A DNA stretch of 64,000 bases from Prorocentrum cordatum (GCA_963575745.1 CAUYUJ010000325.1:310001-374000); one strand, 5' to 3'; positions 21,335 through 38,435 are shown, counted from the first letter of the stretch. The notes: generated from the letters alone by a model not told the origin. Translations and numbers: made by a program.

Positions 21335-24300
21335 TCAGAAGAGCCCACCCCCCATGTGCAGGTCGTCGCTGTCGATGTCGCTCCGGCGGCCACGGCCGCC
21401 CTCGTCGCCGAGCAGATCGTCGCCCAGCCCGCCTGGCGCCTCGAGCAGGAGAAGGGGAAGGGCAGGAGCACAAGGAAAGGGGATTAGGAGGAGAAGAACG
21501 GAGGAGGAGCGGAGCCTGGATCGCCTCCGCAAGCCCACCGCTGGCGGCTGAAGGTGAAGGCTCTGCAGCGCGAGGCGCTGCCGCCTCGCTGTCTGCTGGG
21601 GCTGCCGCCGCCGCCTCGACCTCTTCCTCCTCAGCAGCCGCCGCGGCATCTGCCACAGCTGCCGCCGCGCCCTCTGCGAGCTCCGCCTCGCCCCCTGCTG
21701 CCTCCTGCTGCGCAGCGGGCCGCCTCTTCGGCGCCGCCGCCGCGGGCCGCTTCTTTGCCGGCGGGCTGGGCTCGTCGTCGGAACTGCTGGCACTGTCGTC
21801 GAGCTTCGCGTCGTGCTCTGGTGGGTCGGCGCTGCCGCCCTCGTCTCCCTCGGGCTCCTCGCCCCCATCCTCATCGGGCGGCTCCTCGGCTGCTGCAGGA
21901 TTGGCCCCTTCCTGCTTGGCGTTCGCCTTGGCTTTCGGCTTAGCTGCTGGCGCGGCCGCCGCGGGCCGCTTCATCTTGGCCGCTGCGCCTCCGATCGAGC
22001 TCGCGCCTCCACTCGAGCTCTGAGCCTTCAGGTACTCTAGCTTGCGTTCCTCTAATTTCTTCTTGTCCCAGTTCTGGAGCGCGTACCCCTTGCCGAGCTC
22101 TACAATGAAAGCGCGCGGGTTGTCCAAGTCGCTCGTGATCAGCAGCTGCGCGACCATCTTCCACCTGGGGCTCCCCTGGGGCTTGCACCAGATGCCGCAC
22201 TCCTCAGCTTGCTTCCGCTTCCAGACCGACGCTCGAACGGCGTCGCCTGTCTCGCAGTGGGTCCCAGACCAAAGGACACCGTTTGTCGCGCCAGCAGGTT
22301 TGCCCTTCTGCACGTCCGCGAGCTGTTGGTTGCTCACGCCTGGCACGCTCCATGTGCTCCCATCCTCCCACTTGCATATGACCTCCTCGCCCGCGCGCTG
22401 CAAGTCGGGCACCGGTGCCAGGGGGCACTCTGCCTTGGCCTTCCTGTCGCTGGCGTCGATGCGGTAGCCGACCTACTGAGGGGCGGGGCCGCGCCGGGGG
22501 GAGTGGTTCCCAAAACAGTACTAGCTTCCCCTCCCCCCCTCGATCGGGGCTCAATGACGACGGGGGCAGTGGGGGGGGGGCGTGCGATCTATGCCACTTG
22601 GCCCCGCATGGGGGCCAGCTGGGCAGCCCCGAGGGGGCCGAGGGTCGAGGGGCGATGCTTCACCGATGCATTCTTAAGTTTGTTTTACGCCGAATCCTTG
22701 CCCTGTCATCCTGATCCTTCCCCTCCCCTGTCCTTCTCCTCTTCTCCTCTTCTCCTCCTGTCCTTCTCCTTCCCTCCTCTTCTCCTCCATCTCCCTCCCC
22801 GCCGATGCCAACTGTTTGGGGGCCGCGCCTTAATTATTCTCACTTTCGTGGGCAGGCCTGCTGCACTGCATTCCAAGTGTATGTGCGCGCGATTGCCTTC
22901 AGGTTCCCCTCGTGGAGGGAGGAAGCGGAGGTTGGGGAAGGAAGGCCTCTCGAGTCGGACTCGTGCTCGAGTCGATGGCCCCCTTCCCCTGCCCCCCCCT
23001 GCCCCCCCCCCGATGGGGTCTCGAAGATGCAGCGACGCTGCGGCGGGGGCGGGCGGGGGGGGGCTAAAAGGAGGGGGGGGAGAGAGGAGAAAGAGAGGAG
23101 CGCAGGGCGCGAGAAGGAAAGGAGGAGAGGTGGATGGGAAGGAGAGGAGGATCGAACAGGACGAAAGGAGGAAGGAGGGGGCGAGGAGGTTCCCCTGTTA
23201 CCCCCACGCGTCCTTCTCCGCGATCGTCTTGAACCACTCTGGCTGCTGCCCGCGAGTCCTAGGGGCGCGCAGAATTCACGGACGGACGAGCGGGGAAGGA
23301 GGTTGGGCTTAAGATGGCTTGGAGAAGCAAGGCCAGGGGGAGAGCGCGGGATCGATGCTAACGCCATGCGTCTCTCTTCCCGCTCTCTCCCCCATGCCCC
23401 GCCCCCCATCGCCTCTCAGCCTGCCCCCCTCCCCAATCGCTCGTCCGCGTGCGATTGAGAGTGGGGATGTAAGTGAGGGTGAGAGCATGCGAGAATGAGT
23501 GCGAGAGCAGGAGTGCGAGTGATAGCGAGACTGAAATTCCTGATGATAATGGCATCGGGATCAGAATGGGAGTGCGAGCGAGAGCGAAAGCGAGTAGGAG
23601 TGAGATTGAGAGCGAGCGGGGGCAAGCTGTGAGAGTTACAAGGGCGAGAGCAAAAATTTGGAGGGCAGAGCGGGGATCAGAGAGTTGAGGGCGATGAGTG
23701 AGAGCGGCAGTGAGAGCGGGAGTCAGGGAGGTGAGAGTGAATTCAACGGCCGACGTCCTGAAGCGACTGGCCGCCTGCGCCACGTGTCTGAGCATGGCGC
23801 GCAACATGGCGCTGTTCTTTTTGGCCCACCTCTTGGTCTGGCCATCGGGGATGTTGAGCTCCTCGCGGTCACGGCGAGAGGAGCTTCAGGGATAAGAGCT
23901 TGGATGAGACATTGGGGAGGTGGGATAGGAACAGGAGGAGAAGGAGAAGAAGGAGGAGGGAGAGGAGGAGAGAGGTGAGAAGAAGCAGAAGATGAGGGAA
24001 GCCAAGGAGGATGAGGAGGTAGAGGAGGAGGAGGAGAAGAAGGAGGAGGAGGATCGATGAGGAGGTGGGAGGTAGTGGAGCACGGGGATGCAGGATCCTC
24101 CTCCTCCTCGTCCCTCCTCCACCCTCCCTCCTCCATCGCCTCCCTCCCTAGATCACTCCCTCCCTACCCCCCTTCCTCTCTCTCTCCGCCTTCTCCTTCT
24201 TCTCCTCCTCCCCCTCCTCCTCCTCCTCCTTCTCCTCCTCAGCCTCCGCTTCCTCTGCTCCTCCTTCCCCTGTCCTCTGCGATCATCATGAAGGCTTCGA

Positions 24301-24683
24301 TCGCCATCGTCTTTGTGATGGCCTCCGCCGGTGCGATGGCCTGCCTGATCTCGGACAGCATGGCGGCCTGGGCTGCTCTCCTCACTCCTCGCCCTCCTCG
24401 CTCTCAGCCATTCCCCTGTTTGTCCTCCTCATTTACCTCTTCCCCTCATCCGTCTCGTCCTGGGTCCCAGGATCCAGGATACAGGCCGACCCCCGCCCAC
24501 TCAGGAATTTTCGGGGGCTGGCCCGAGGCGGGCCTTCTCCATCAGCCGAGGTGGCTGGATGATAGCCTCCGAGACGTCGTCGACGTCATTGACCTCATAT
24601 GCGAGGTCGCTGTCTACCATGTGGAGACGCAGCACGCGCGCCACGTCCTCCATGGAGTTGGCGCGCTTCCGTTTGGGGGCCAT
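21335..24683 (-). CDS. About seven-exon hypothetical protein with basic MAPKRKR start and KRPAA repeats
   Basis: Frame-compatible exons read by eye: 24683-24534, 24367-24275, 23861-23758, 23258-23213, ~22950-22858, 22472-~21517 and ~21440-21335. Donors are GC or GA after AG; acceptors are mostly AG|G. Introns are filled with simple repeats. Confidence 0.6.
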
Positions 24684-24974
24684 GCGTGCATGCGCGCGAG
24701 CTCGCCCTAGGGGCCCGCGCGCGGGGGGGCCCGCAGGCGGGCGAGGGGCCCGCGCGCGGCCCCCAGCCGCCAGAACCCGAACGATTGCGGCGGGCGACGA
24801 CGTCCCCGACTCGGCCCTGGATATCCCCAACCCCGATCGGCCACCGCAGGCCCCTCGAGGGCCATCGGGCGCGGGCCAATCTATAGGCCTCGAGCGCCCT
24901 CCTCCGCGCGCGCGCCAGAATTTCAAGGCGAGGCCGGCATGTTAGCAGGCCACGTGCTCAACTTGAGAGACACA

Positions 24975-24979
24975 CATAT

Positions 24980-25011
<32 letters not shown>

Positions 25012-25166
25012 GTATATATATATGCATATAGATATGTATGTACGTATGTATGTATGTATATATATATATATTGTGTATATGTATATGTATATACAAATAT
25101 TTATGTATGTATATGTGTATATATACATATACATATATGTATATAAATATGTATATATATACATAT
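24975..25166. repeat. (TA)n/(TATG)n microsatellite
   Basis: Seen directly. Confidence 0.95.
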
Positions 25167-25379
25167 GTCGTTGATCGCCGCACATCTGCGTTCAAACAAC
25201 TGAGAAACTAGGCGAAACGATACCTTACCAAGGTCACCTCTTAGACTAAGAAGCATATCTTAAAGTAAGAAGCGTGTGGCAACATGAGCGATAACTCTTG
25301 TAGCAAGAATTATTCAACCTCTGGGCTTGGCGATCGGCCACCGCGCATTCGCCTTCGCGCAACCATGCTACCCTGGCTG

Positions 25380-26900
25380 CGCGCCTCCAAACGAAATGCC
25401 TCAGCGCAATCCGCATCTGGGCGCGCGGACTGGGCCGCCAACTTTGCGAAAAGCGGGCCGCCCACGTCAGCCGAGACTTTGCGCGCTCGCGGGCCGCGGC
25501 CCCGCAGCCGCGCCGACGCCGCGCCGCCGCGGGCAAGCAAGCGGCCCCGCGCATCGACGCGGCGCGCGCGCCTCGCGCTCGCGCGCGATAGAGCCGGGCG
25601 AGCGCGCGCGCGCGCCCATTCGACGGCGGCGCAAGTCGGGCGCCAAGGCCGCGCCCGCGCCGCCAGGACATGTATTCTTTGCAACAGATTGCGCGAAGAG
25701 CAACTTCGGCTGGTCAGCTTCCGCCGCGGGCGCCGCCGCGCATCCCTGGAGCGATTGACAGAACGCCGGCGGCGGCGGCTTCGGCGCCTGGACGCGCGGG
25801 CCACGGGCCATCTCAACCAGGCGCGCGACGGAGAGCCGCGGCGCTCCCACGGACTGCACCCAGCCTGCCCCCCCAGACGGGTCGGGCGGCGTTGGCAGTC
25901 CACCGCTGCGCCCCAGCTGCGCCTGCCACAACGCGCGAGGGGGGGAGGCGCGAGCCCTCGCGCCCGCGGCGCCCCCGCCCTTGCGCTGCCCCGCTCGGGC
26001 GGCGCCGGCGCGCGAGGCGCGCCCGGCGCCGCGCGCCGGCGCCTCGGCGGCGGCGGCGACGCCGGCATGCGGCGGGGCCGTTGCGGCCGCGCCGACATAG
26101 GGCGACGCAATGGAAGCGGCGTCGCCGCGCGCCCCCGCGCGCGCCCTCAACGCCTCAATGGCACTGCCGCCGTTGCTTGCTTCGAAGTGCGTCGACGCCG
26201 ACGCGCGCGCGCGCGGCGGCGCGCGACGCCGCCCGCCGCTCTCGACCGGCGAGCGGGTGCAAGACAAGATCGCGAAAGACATTGCAACGCCCGAGCTGAG
26301 CAAGGCCTCGCACGAGACGCCCCGGCCTCGACAGGATGCGCTCGCGTTTTCCGCGGGCGCGCCCGCTGCGGGACAACGCGGCGCTATGCCTTCTCGCGAC
26401 GCCGATGCGCCGCGCCGCGTGGGCGAGCAAAGAGCGCCCGCGCCTTTGTGACGGGCTTCGCACGAGTGGCCCTCGCCGCGCAAGGCTTCATTCAAGCTTT
26501 TCGGAAGGCATGCCGCGCGGTCGCGGAACAGTGCGCCGCCATTCCTTCGCGCGACGCCAGCGCGGCGCGCCGCGCGGGCAAGCAAAATAATAATCGCGCC
26601 TTCTTGACAGGGCGAGGCGGCGCCTTGACCCGGCGGTCTTGGCCGCCATTGCCCTTATCGCCCTCGCCCTTGCCGCGCCCCTTGCCTTTTGCGCGGCTCC
26701 GGCTGCGGTCGCGGTTCCGATCGCCCTTCGAGCCCTTCGAGCCGCCCTTGGCCTCGCGCTCACAAGCACGGCGCCGCGCGCCCGTGCGAAGTGACGACTT
26801 GGCGCCTTTCGGCGCGAGGACTCCCAGAATTCAACTTCGCGCGACGCGTAGTCTTCGCCCCCAAGCATCTGATTCGGGACACAGCGCTCTATATGTGTAC
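25380..26900 (-). mobile_element. Truncated fragment of an intron-rich YR-type retrotransposon (end of gag, start of pol)
   Basis: The basic tail KGGSKGSKGDRNRDRSRSRAKGKGRGK resembles the gag end at ~62000. DVGGPLFAKLAAQSARPDADCAEAFR (~25390-25470) resembles the pre-RT motif at ~61050-61180. Short (GC)n-rich intron-like inserts end in GCGCGAG|G or GCGAAG|G. Confidence 0.5.
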
Positions 26901-27025
26901 AACTCACTGTGGTCTTCACCGTCTTCTACATTCATATGTAGGAGCTCGTGGTGGCCCGTATTGGGCGGTAAACGCCCAGGATAAAAAAAGCGTCTGGGGG
27001 GACCTAGGGGTAGTAGTGATAATAT

Positions 27026-28120
<1,095 letters not shown>

Positions 28121-28136
28121 ATGGTAGTGGCACTCG

Positions 28137-30440
<2,304 letters not shown>

Positions 30441-31389
30441 AATACCACTATGTGTACGACTCATTGTAATAGAAGTGGTCGTAGCCAGGTTTATCAAGGC
30501 GACAAAATGAGCGGACGAATAGCGGGATGAACAGCGGTTGAAAGATGGAGCAATTGGTGTCGAAGACCAGCGAGACATGGCGACGCCGTACCAGCGAAAC
30601 ATGATGCCCCCCACCCACGAAAACAATGGATGCGAGGGAAAATATGAAAACCGAAGTTTTTTGAAAAGAGGGGCGTAGGTGAGAACAGCGCGTCTAGCAG
30701 CGGGCGCGGTGCGCGGTACCCGCTGTAAACGGCAGCGAAGAAAACGAAATCAATGGCACAGGCAAGGAAAGGGGTTAGCCTTTTTGCGTCGCAGCGGCAG
30801 AGGCAATCCGCGCGCGCGCGCCTTGGCGAGTCCAGGGAACGGAATCGCGAATTACACATGCCGCATGCACGATGGGGGGGGGAGGCGAAGGAGGCGGCCG
30901 CGGGAGGGGGGCCGGTCGCGGGGGACAGTCACGCAGCAGGGCTGCGGCGAGCGAGCGGAGGCGGCCAGTCAGATGGGCAGCCCGTGGCAGCCGTTGCAGG
31001 GAGGCATCGCGATGCACCCAGCGGTGGGCCAGAAACCACAATGGGAGGGGGGGCAGCGGGCGGCCAAAAAAACCGGGGCACACGGCGGGAGGATGCAGCA
31101 ACGCGAGGGCCGGGGGCGGGCCAGGGGCGCGGAGCGACCGGAGTAGCAGCAGCTGCGATGGCGGCCCCAGGCGGAGAGCAGCGGGCCAGCAAATGGCGTG
31201 GCCGCTGAGCGGCCGGAGGCAAACTGCGGTGCCGGGGTTTGGGGGATGGGGTGGGGATGCAGGACAAGGACACGCACCGCTCGAGGAGGAGGACGAGGAA
31301 TGAAGAGGATGCCGCCTCCTCCGCGGCCGGCAACGCCCAGGTCCGACCAGCGCCGGCCAGGGTGCCGCTGGAGAGCCAGACCTGCATCC

Positions 31390-31553
31390 GTCTTCCTCGT
31401 CGTCCATCTCATCCTCCTCCATTTCCTCGTTTTCCTCGTCGTCCATCTCCTCTTTTTCCTCGTCCTCCTCCTCCTCCTCCTCGAAGCCGCCGCCGCCGTC
31501 GCCGTCGCCGTCGTCGCCGCCGTCGCCATCGTCGACAACGCCGTCGTCGTCGC

Positions 31554-31584
<31 letters not shown>

Positions 31585-33320
31585 GGTACCGCCGTCGTCG
31601 TCGTCGTCGTCGCAGTCGTCGTCGCCGTCGTGGTCGCCATCGTCGCCGTCGACGCCGTTGTCGTCGTCGCTGCCGCCGCCGTCGCCGTCGCCGTCGTCGC
31701 CGTCGTCGTCGCCGCCGCCGCTGTCACCGTCGCCGTCGTCGCCGTCGTCCTCGTCGTCCTCGTCGCGACCTCCGTCGCCGTCGCCTCGTCCTCGCCGTCG
31801 TCGACGCCGGCGTCGCCGTCGTTGCTGCCATCGTCGTCGTCGCCATCAGCGCCATCATCGTCGTCGTCCTCACCGTCGTCGTCGCCCCCGACATCGCCGC
31901 CGTCGCCGCCGTCGCCGTCGCCGTCGTCGCCGTCGTCGTTGCCGCCGTCGCTGTCGTCGCCGTTGTCGTCGCCGACGTCGTCGTCGGCGTCGGCGTCGCC
32001 GTCGGCGTCGCCGTCGCCATCGTCGTCGTTGTCGTCGTCGCTGTCGTCGTCGGTGTCGGCGCCAGGGTCACTGTTGCCCTCGACGCCGTCGTCGTCGGCG
32101 TCGTCGTCGTCGCCGTCGTCGCACTCGACATCGTTGGCGCCGTCGTCGTCGTCGCCGTCGTCGCCGTCGCCGTCAGCGTCGTCGTCGCCGCCGTCGTCGC
32201 CGTCGCCTCCGCAGCGATCGTTGCCGCCGTTGCCGTCGTCGTCGCCGTCGAAGTCGTCCTTGACGTCGTAATCACAGTCGACGTCGCCGTCGTCGTCGCC
32301 GTCGTCGTCGCCGTCGTTTCCGCCGCCATCGTCGTGACCGCCACCGTCGCAGTCGGCGTCGCCGTTGTCGTCGTCGGTGTCGTCATTGCCGTCGTCGCCG
32401 TCGCCATCGCCGTCCTCGCCACACTCGTCGGCACCGCGATCGTCGCCCTCGTCGTCGTCGTCGGCGTGGCCGCCGTCGTCGTCGCCGTCGCCGTCGTCGC
32501 CGTTGTCGCCGTCGTCGTCTTTGACGTCGCCGCCGCCGTAACCATCGCCATCGCCGTCGACGGAGTCGCCGTCGTCGGCGTCGCCGTCGTCGTCACCGTT
32601 GTCGTCGCCGTCGTCGTCGCCGTCGCCGTCGTCGCTGTTGTCGCCATCGTCGTCGTCTTTGACGTCGCCACCGCCGTAACCATCGCCGGCGCCGTCGTCG
32701 ACGTCGCCGTCGTCGGCGTCGTCGTCGTCACCGTCGCCATCGTCGCCGTGGCGTTGCAGTCGTCGTCGCTATTGTCGCCGTCGTCGACGTTGTCGGCGAA
32801 GCCGCCGACGCCTCCGCCGTCGTCGCCGTCGCCATCGCAATCGTCGTCATCGCCATCGTCATCGTCGTCGCCGTCGACGTCGCCGCCGCAGTCGTCGCCG
32901 TTGTCGTCGTTGCCGCAATCGCCGTCGCCGTCGCCGTCGTTTTCCTCGCCGTCAGCGACGTCCGCGTCGCCTTCGGCGCCGCCGCAGTCGACATCGCCAT
33001 CGTCGTTATCGCCATCGTCGTCGCCGTCGTCGTCGTCGCCGTCGTCGCCGTCGACGTGGCCGTCGCCGTCGCCGTCGCCGTCGTCGCCGTCGTCGTTGTC
33101 GCCGTTGCCGTCGTCGCCGTTGTCGCCGTCGCCGTCGGGCCGCCGTCGTCGTCGTCGTCGTCGTTGCCGTCGTCGTCGTCATCGTTGTCGTTGTCAGAGT
33201 CGACACTGCCGTCGCCCTCGTCACCGTCGTCGTCGTCACCGTCGCCGTCGCCATCGTCGCCGCTGCAGCCGCCGATGTCGCCGTCGCCGTCGTCGTCGCC
33301 ACGCAGCCGCCGTCGCTGCA

Positions 33321-33351
<31 letters not shown>

Positions 33352-34952
33352 CCCTTGTCGTCACCGTTGCCGTCGCCGTCGCCGTCGCCGTCGTCGACGT
33401 CATCGTAAGCATCAGCGCCGTCGACGTCGTCGCCGTCGGCGTCGCCGTCGTCATCGCCGCCGCCGCCGTCGTCGGCGCCGTCGTCGCACGCGTCGTCGTC
33501 GTCGTCGTCGACGTCGTCGTTTTCTGCGACATTGTTGTCGCCGTCGTCGTCGTAGTCGGCGTCGCCACCCCCAACGTCGCAGTTCCCATCGTCGGTGTCA
33601 TCGTGGCCGTTGTTGAAATCGCCGTCGTCGTCGTCGTCGTCGTCGTCGTCCTCGCCGTCGTCGATTCCGTCGCCGTTGTCGTTGCCGCCGTCGCCGTCGC
33701 CGTCTCAGTTGTCGCCATCGTCGACTTTGTCTTGGCCGCCACCGTCGTCGCCGTTGCCGTCGTCGTCGCCGCCGTTGTCGCCGTCGTCGTCGTCACCGTC
33801 GTCACCGCCTTTACCGCCGCCGCCGTCGCCGTCGCCACCGTGGTCGTCGTTGTCGCCGTCGTCGTCGCCGCCGTCGTCGTCGCCGTCGCACTCGCCGTCG
33901 TCGGCGTCGCCGTCGTCGTCGCCGTCATCACGGTCGCCGGCGCCGTTGTCGTCGTCGCCGTCGTCGCCGTTGTCGTCGCCGTCGCCGTCGCCGTCGTCGC
34001 CAGCGTCGCCGTAGCTGTCGTCGTCGTCGTCGCCGTCGTCGTCGGCGTCGCCGTTGTCGTCGCCGTCGTCGTCGCCGTGGTCGCAGTCGACGCCGTCGCC
34101 GTCGTCGCTGCCGCCGCCGCCGTTGCCGTCGTCGCCGTCGCCGTCGACGTCGTCGTCGTCGACGCCGTCGTCGCTTTCGTCGCCGCCGCCGCTGTCACCG
34201 TCGCCGTCAGCGCCGTTATTGTCGCCGTCGTCCACGTCGTCGTCCTCGTCGCCACATCCGTCGCCGTCGTTGCCGCAGCCATCGTCGTCGCCATCGGCGC
34301 CATCGTCGTCACCGTCGTCGTCGTAGCCGTCGTCGTCATCGCCTTTGCTGTCTCCGTCGCCGTCGCCGTCGCCATCGATACCATCGTCGTCGCCATCGTC
34401 GCCGTCGTCGCCGTCGCCGCCGCCGCCGTCGTCGTCGCCTCCGTCGCGAGCCTGGCCGCCGTCGACGCCGTCGCCGTCGAAATCGTCGTCGTCGCCGTGA
34501 CCGTCGTCGTCGTCGTCGGTGTCGCCACCGTCGTCTACGCCGTCGACGTCGTCGTCGTTGCCGCCGTCGTCGTCGTGGTCGACGTCGCCACCGCCGTCAT
34601 CATCGCCGTCGCCGTCGTCGCCGTCGCCGTCGTCGCCGTCGCCGTCGTCGCCGTCGCCGTCGTCGTCGCGGCGTCAGCGCCGTCGCCGTCGTCGGCGTCG
34701 TCGTCGTCGTCATCGTCGCCGTCGTCGTCGTCGTCGTCGGCGTCGCCGTCGTCGCCGTCGCAATCGCCGTCGTCGTCGTCGTGGCCATCGTTGTCGTCGC
34801 CGTCGCAGTCGTCGTCGTCACCGTCGTCGTCGTCGTCGTCGTTGCCGTCGCCGTCGTCGTCGTCGGCGTCGCCGTCGTCGCCGTTGCAGTCGCCGTCGTC
34901 GTCGTCCTGGCAATCGTTGTCGTCGCCGTCGTTGTCGTCGCCGACGTCGTCG

Positions 34953-34986
<34 letters not shown>

Positions 34987-35851
34987 ATCGTCGCCGTCGC
35001 CGTCGTCGCCGTCGTCGTCGACGTCGTCGTCGCCGTCGTCGTCGTCGTCGCCGTCGTCGTGGTTGTCGTCACCGCCGTCGTCGGCGTCGGCGTCCACGCC
35101 GCCGCCACTGTCGCCCTCGACGACGTCATCGTTTGCGTCGTTGTCGTCGTCGCCGCAGCCGTGGCCGTCGCGGTCGCGGTCGCCGTCGTCGTCACCGTCG
35201 GCGTCGCCGTCGTCGTCGTCGTCGTCGTCATCGGTGGCGCCGTTGTCGCCGTCGTCGTCGCCGTCGTCGTCGTCGTCTTCGCCGCATCCGCCGCGGGCCG
35301 ACGCCGTCGCCGCCGTCGCAATACTTGCCGCCGTCGACGTCGTCTTCACCGTCGAAGTCGTCGTCAAAGGAGTCGTCGTCGTCGCAACCGTCGTCGTAGT
35401 CGTCGACGTCGTCGTCGTCGCCGTCGTTTCCGCCGCCATCGTTGTCGGCGCCACCGCCGTGGCCGTCGGGGTCGCCGTCGTCGTCGCCGACGTCGTCGCC
35501 GTCGTCGCTGTCGCCGTCGCCGTCTTCGCAATGCCGTCGCCGACGCCGCCGTCGCCCTCGACGCCGGCGCCGGCGTCGTCGCCGTCGCAGGCGTCGCTGT
35601 TGTCGACGTCTCCGCTGCCATCACCATCGCCGTCGCCGTCGTCGCCGTCGTCGTCGCCGGCGTCGCCGTCGTCGCCGCCGCTGTCGCAATCGGTGTCGCC
35701 ATCGTCGTCGTCATCGCCACGCCGCCGCCGTCGCCGTCGTCGCCGTCGTCAGCGTCTGCGTCGCCGTCGTCGTCGCCGTGGTCGACGACGTTGTCGGCGG
35801 CGCCGCCACCGCCGCCGCCGTCGTCATCGTCGCCATCGTCGTCGTCGCCAT

Positions 35852-35888
<37 letters not shown>

Positions 35889-37935
35889 AAAGCCGTTGCC
35901 GTCGTCGTCGTCGTCGCCGTCGTCGTCGCCGTCGCTGTCGCCATCGTCGTCGTTGTCGGCACCGCAGCCGCAGTTGCCACCGCCGTCGCTGTCGCCGTCG
36001 TCGCCATCGTCGTCGTCGTCGTTGTCGGCGTCGAAGTCGTCGCCGCCGTCGTCGCCGCCGTCGTCGCTGCCGCCTTTGCCAGCATCGTCGCCGTCGCCGT
36101 CGTCGTCGCCACCGACGGCAACGCCGCCGCCGCCGTCAGCGTCGTTGGCGTCGTGCCCGTGGTCGTTGAAGTCGTCGGCGTCGGCGTCGCCGTCGCTGTC
36201 GACGTCGTCGCCGTGGTCGTCGTCGCCGTCGTCGTCGCCGTCGTCGCCGTCGTCGTCGCCGTCGCCGTCGCCGTTGTCGGTGTCGCCGCCGCCGTCGTTT
36301 CTGTCGCAGTCACAGTCGTCGAAGCCGCCGCCGCCGTCACCGTCGCCGTCGTCACCGCCGCCGTCGTCGGCGTCGTTGTCAGCGCTGCTGGCGTCGAGGA
36401 CGTCGTCGTCATCGGTGTCGCTGGCGCCGTCGATGCCGTCGTCGTCGTCGGCGTCGTGGGCGTCGTCGTCGTCGCCGTCGTCACCGTCGTCGTCGTCGTC
36501 GTCGCCACCGTCGTCGTCGCAGTCGACGCAGTCGCCGTCACCAACGTCGTTGGCGTCGCCGCCACCGCCGTCGCCCTCGCCGACGTCGTCGTCGTCACCG
36601 TCGTCGTCGGCGGCGCCGTCGTCATCGCCGTCGTCGTCGCCGTCGTCGCCGTCGACGCCGGCCTCGTCGTCGCAGCCGCCGTCGTCGTCGCCGTCGCCGT
36701 CGCCGTCGTCGGCGTCGCCGCCGCCGCCGTCGTTTCTGCCGCCGTCGCCGTCGTCGAAGCCGCCGTCGCCGTCACCGTCGCCGTCGTCACCGCCGCCGTC
36801 GTCGGCGTCGCCGTCAACGTCGCCGTCAGCGTCGATGGCGTTGAAGACGTCGTCGTCATCGGTGTCGCTGGCGCCGTCGATGCCGTCATCGTCGTCGGCG
36901 TCGTGGGCGTCGTCGTCGTCGCTGTCGTCACCGTCGTCGTCGTCGTCGTCGTCGCCACCGTCGTCGTCGCAGTCGTCGCAGTCGCCGTCGCCAACGTCGT
37001 TGGCGTCGCCGCCACCGCCGTCGCCCTCGCCGACGACGTCGTCGTCGCCGTCGTCGTCGTCGGCGTCGCCGTCGTCATCGCCGTCGTCGTCGCCGTCGTC
37101 GCCGTCGACGCCGGCCTCGTCGTCGCAGCCGCCGTCGTCGTCGCCGTCGCCGCCGCCGTCGTCGGCGTCGCCGCCGCCGCCGTCGTTTCTGCCGCCGTCG
37201 CCGTCGTCGAAGCCGCCGCCGCCGTCACCGTCGCCGTCGTCACCGCCGCCGTCGTCGTCGGCGTCGCCGTCAACGTCGCCGTCAGCATCGATGGCGTTGA
37301 AGACGTCGTCGTCATCGGCGCCACCGCCGCCGTCGATGCCGTCATCGTCGTCGTCGCCGCCGTCGTCGTCGTCGTCGTCGCCGCCGTCATCGTCGTCGCC
37401 ATTGCCGCCACCGCCGCCGCACCATCGCAGTCGTCGTCGACGCCGTCGTGGTCGCCGTCGTCCCCCCTGAGGTCGCCGTCGCCGTCGGCGTCGCCATCGT
37501 TGTTGCTGCAATCGTCGTCGGCGTCGCCGTCGACGTCGTTGGCGTCAAAGACGTCGTCGTCATCGTCGTCCCCGCCGCCGTCATCGGCGTCGACGTCCCC
37601 GTCGTCGCCGTCGTCGTCGTCGTCGCCGTGGTCATCCTCGCCATCGCCGCCACCGCCGCCACCGCCGCAGTCGCCGTCGCTTTCGTCGCCGTCGTGGTCG
37701 CAAACGTCGCCGTCGAAGTCGCCGCCGTGGACGGCCTCGCCGCCGTTGTTGCCGCCGTCGTCGTCGACGTCGCCGTCGGCGTCGCCGTCAAGGTCGCCGG
37801 CGTCGTCGGCATCGCCGGCGTAGCCGTTGTCGCCGTCGCCGTTGCCATCGTTGTGGCCACCGCCGCCGCCGTCAACGTCGTCGCCGCCGCCATCGGCGTC
37901 CCCGCCGCCGTCGTCGCCGTCGTCGTCGTCGGCGC

Positions 37936-37968
<33 letters not shown>

Positions 37969-38103
37969 CGCAGTCGCTGTCACCGTCGCCGTCGCCGTCG
38001 TCGTCGCCGTCGTTGCCGTCAGCGTCGTCCGTGTCGCCGTCGCCTTCGCCGTCGTCGCCGTCGTCGGCGTCTGCGTCGCCGTCGTCGCCGCCACCGTCGC
38101 CGA

Positions 38104-38137
<34 letters not shown>

Positions 38138-38170
38138 TGCGCCGTCACCGTCGTCGCCGTCGTGGCCGCA

Positions 38171-38247
<77 letters not shown>

Positions 38248-38403
38248 TGCCGTCGTCGTCGCCGTCGGCATCGCCGGCGTAGCCAGTGTCGCCGTCGCCG
38301 TTGCCATCGTCATCGCCACCGCCGCCGCCGTGAACGTCGTCGCCGCCGCCATCGGCCTCCCCGCCGCCGTCGTCGCCGTCGTCGTCGTCGTCGCCGTCGT
38401 CGA

Positions 38404-38435
<32 letters not shown>

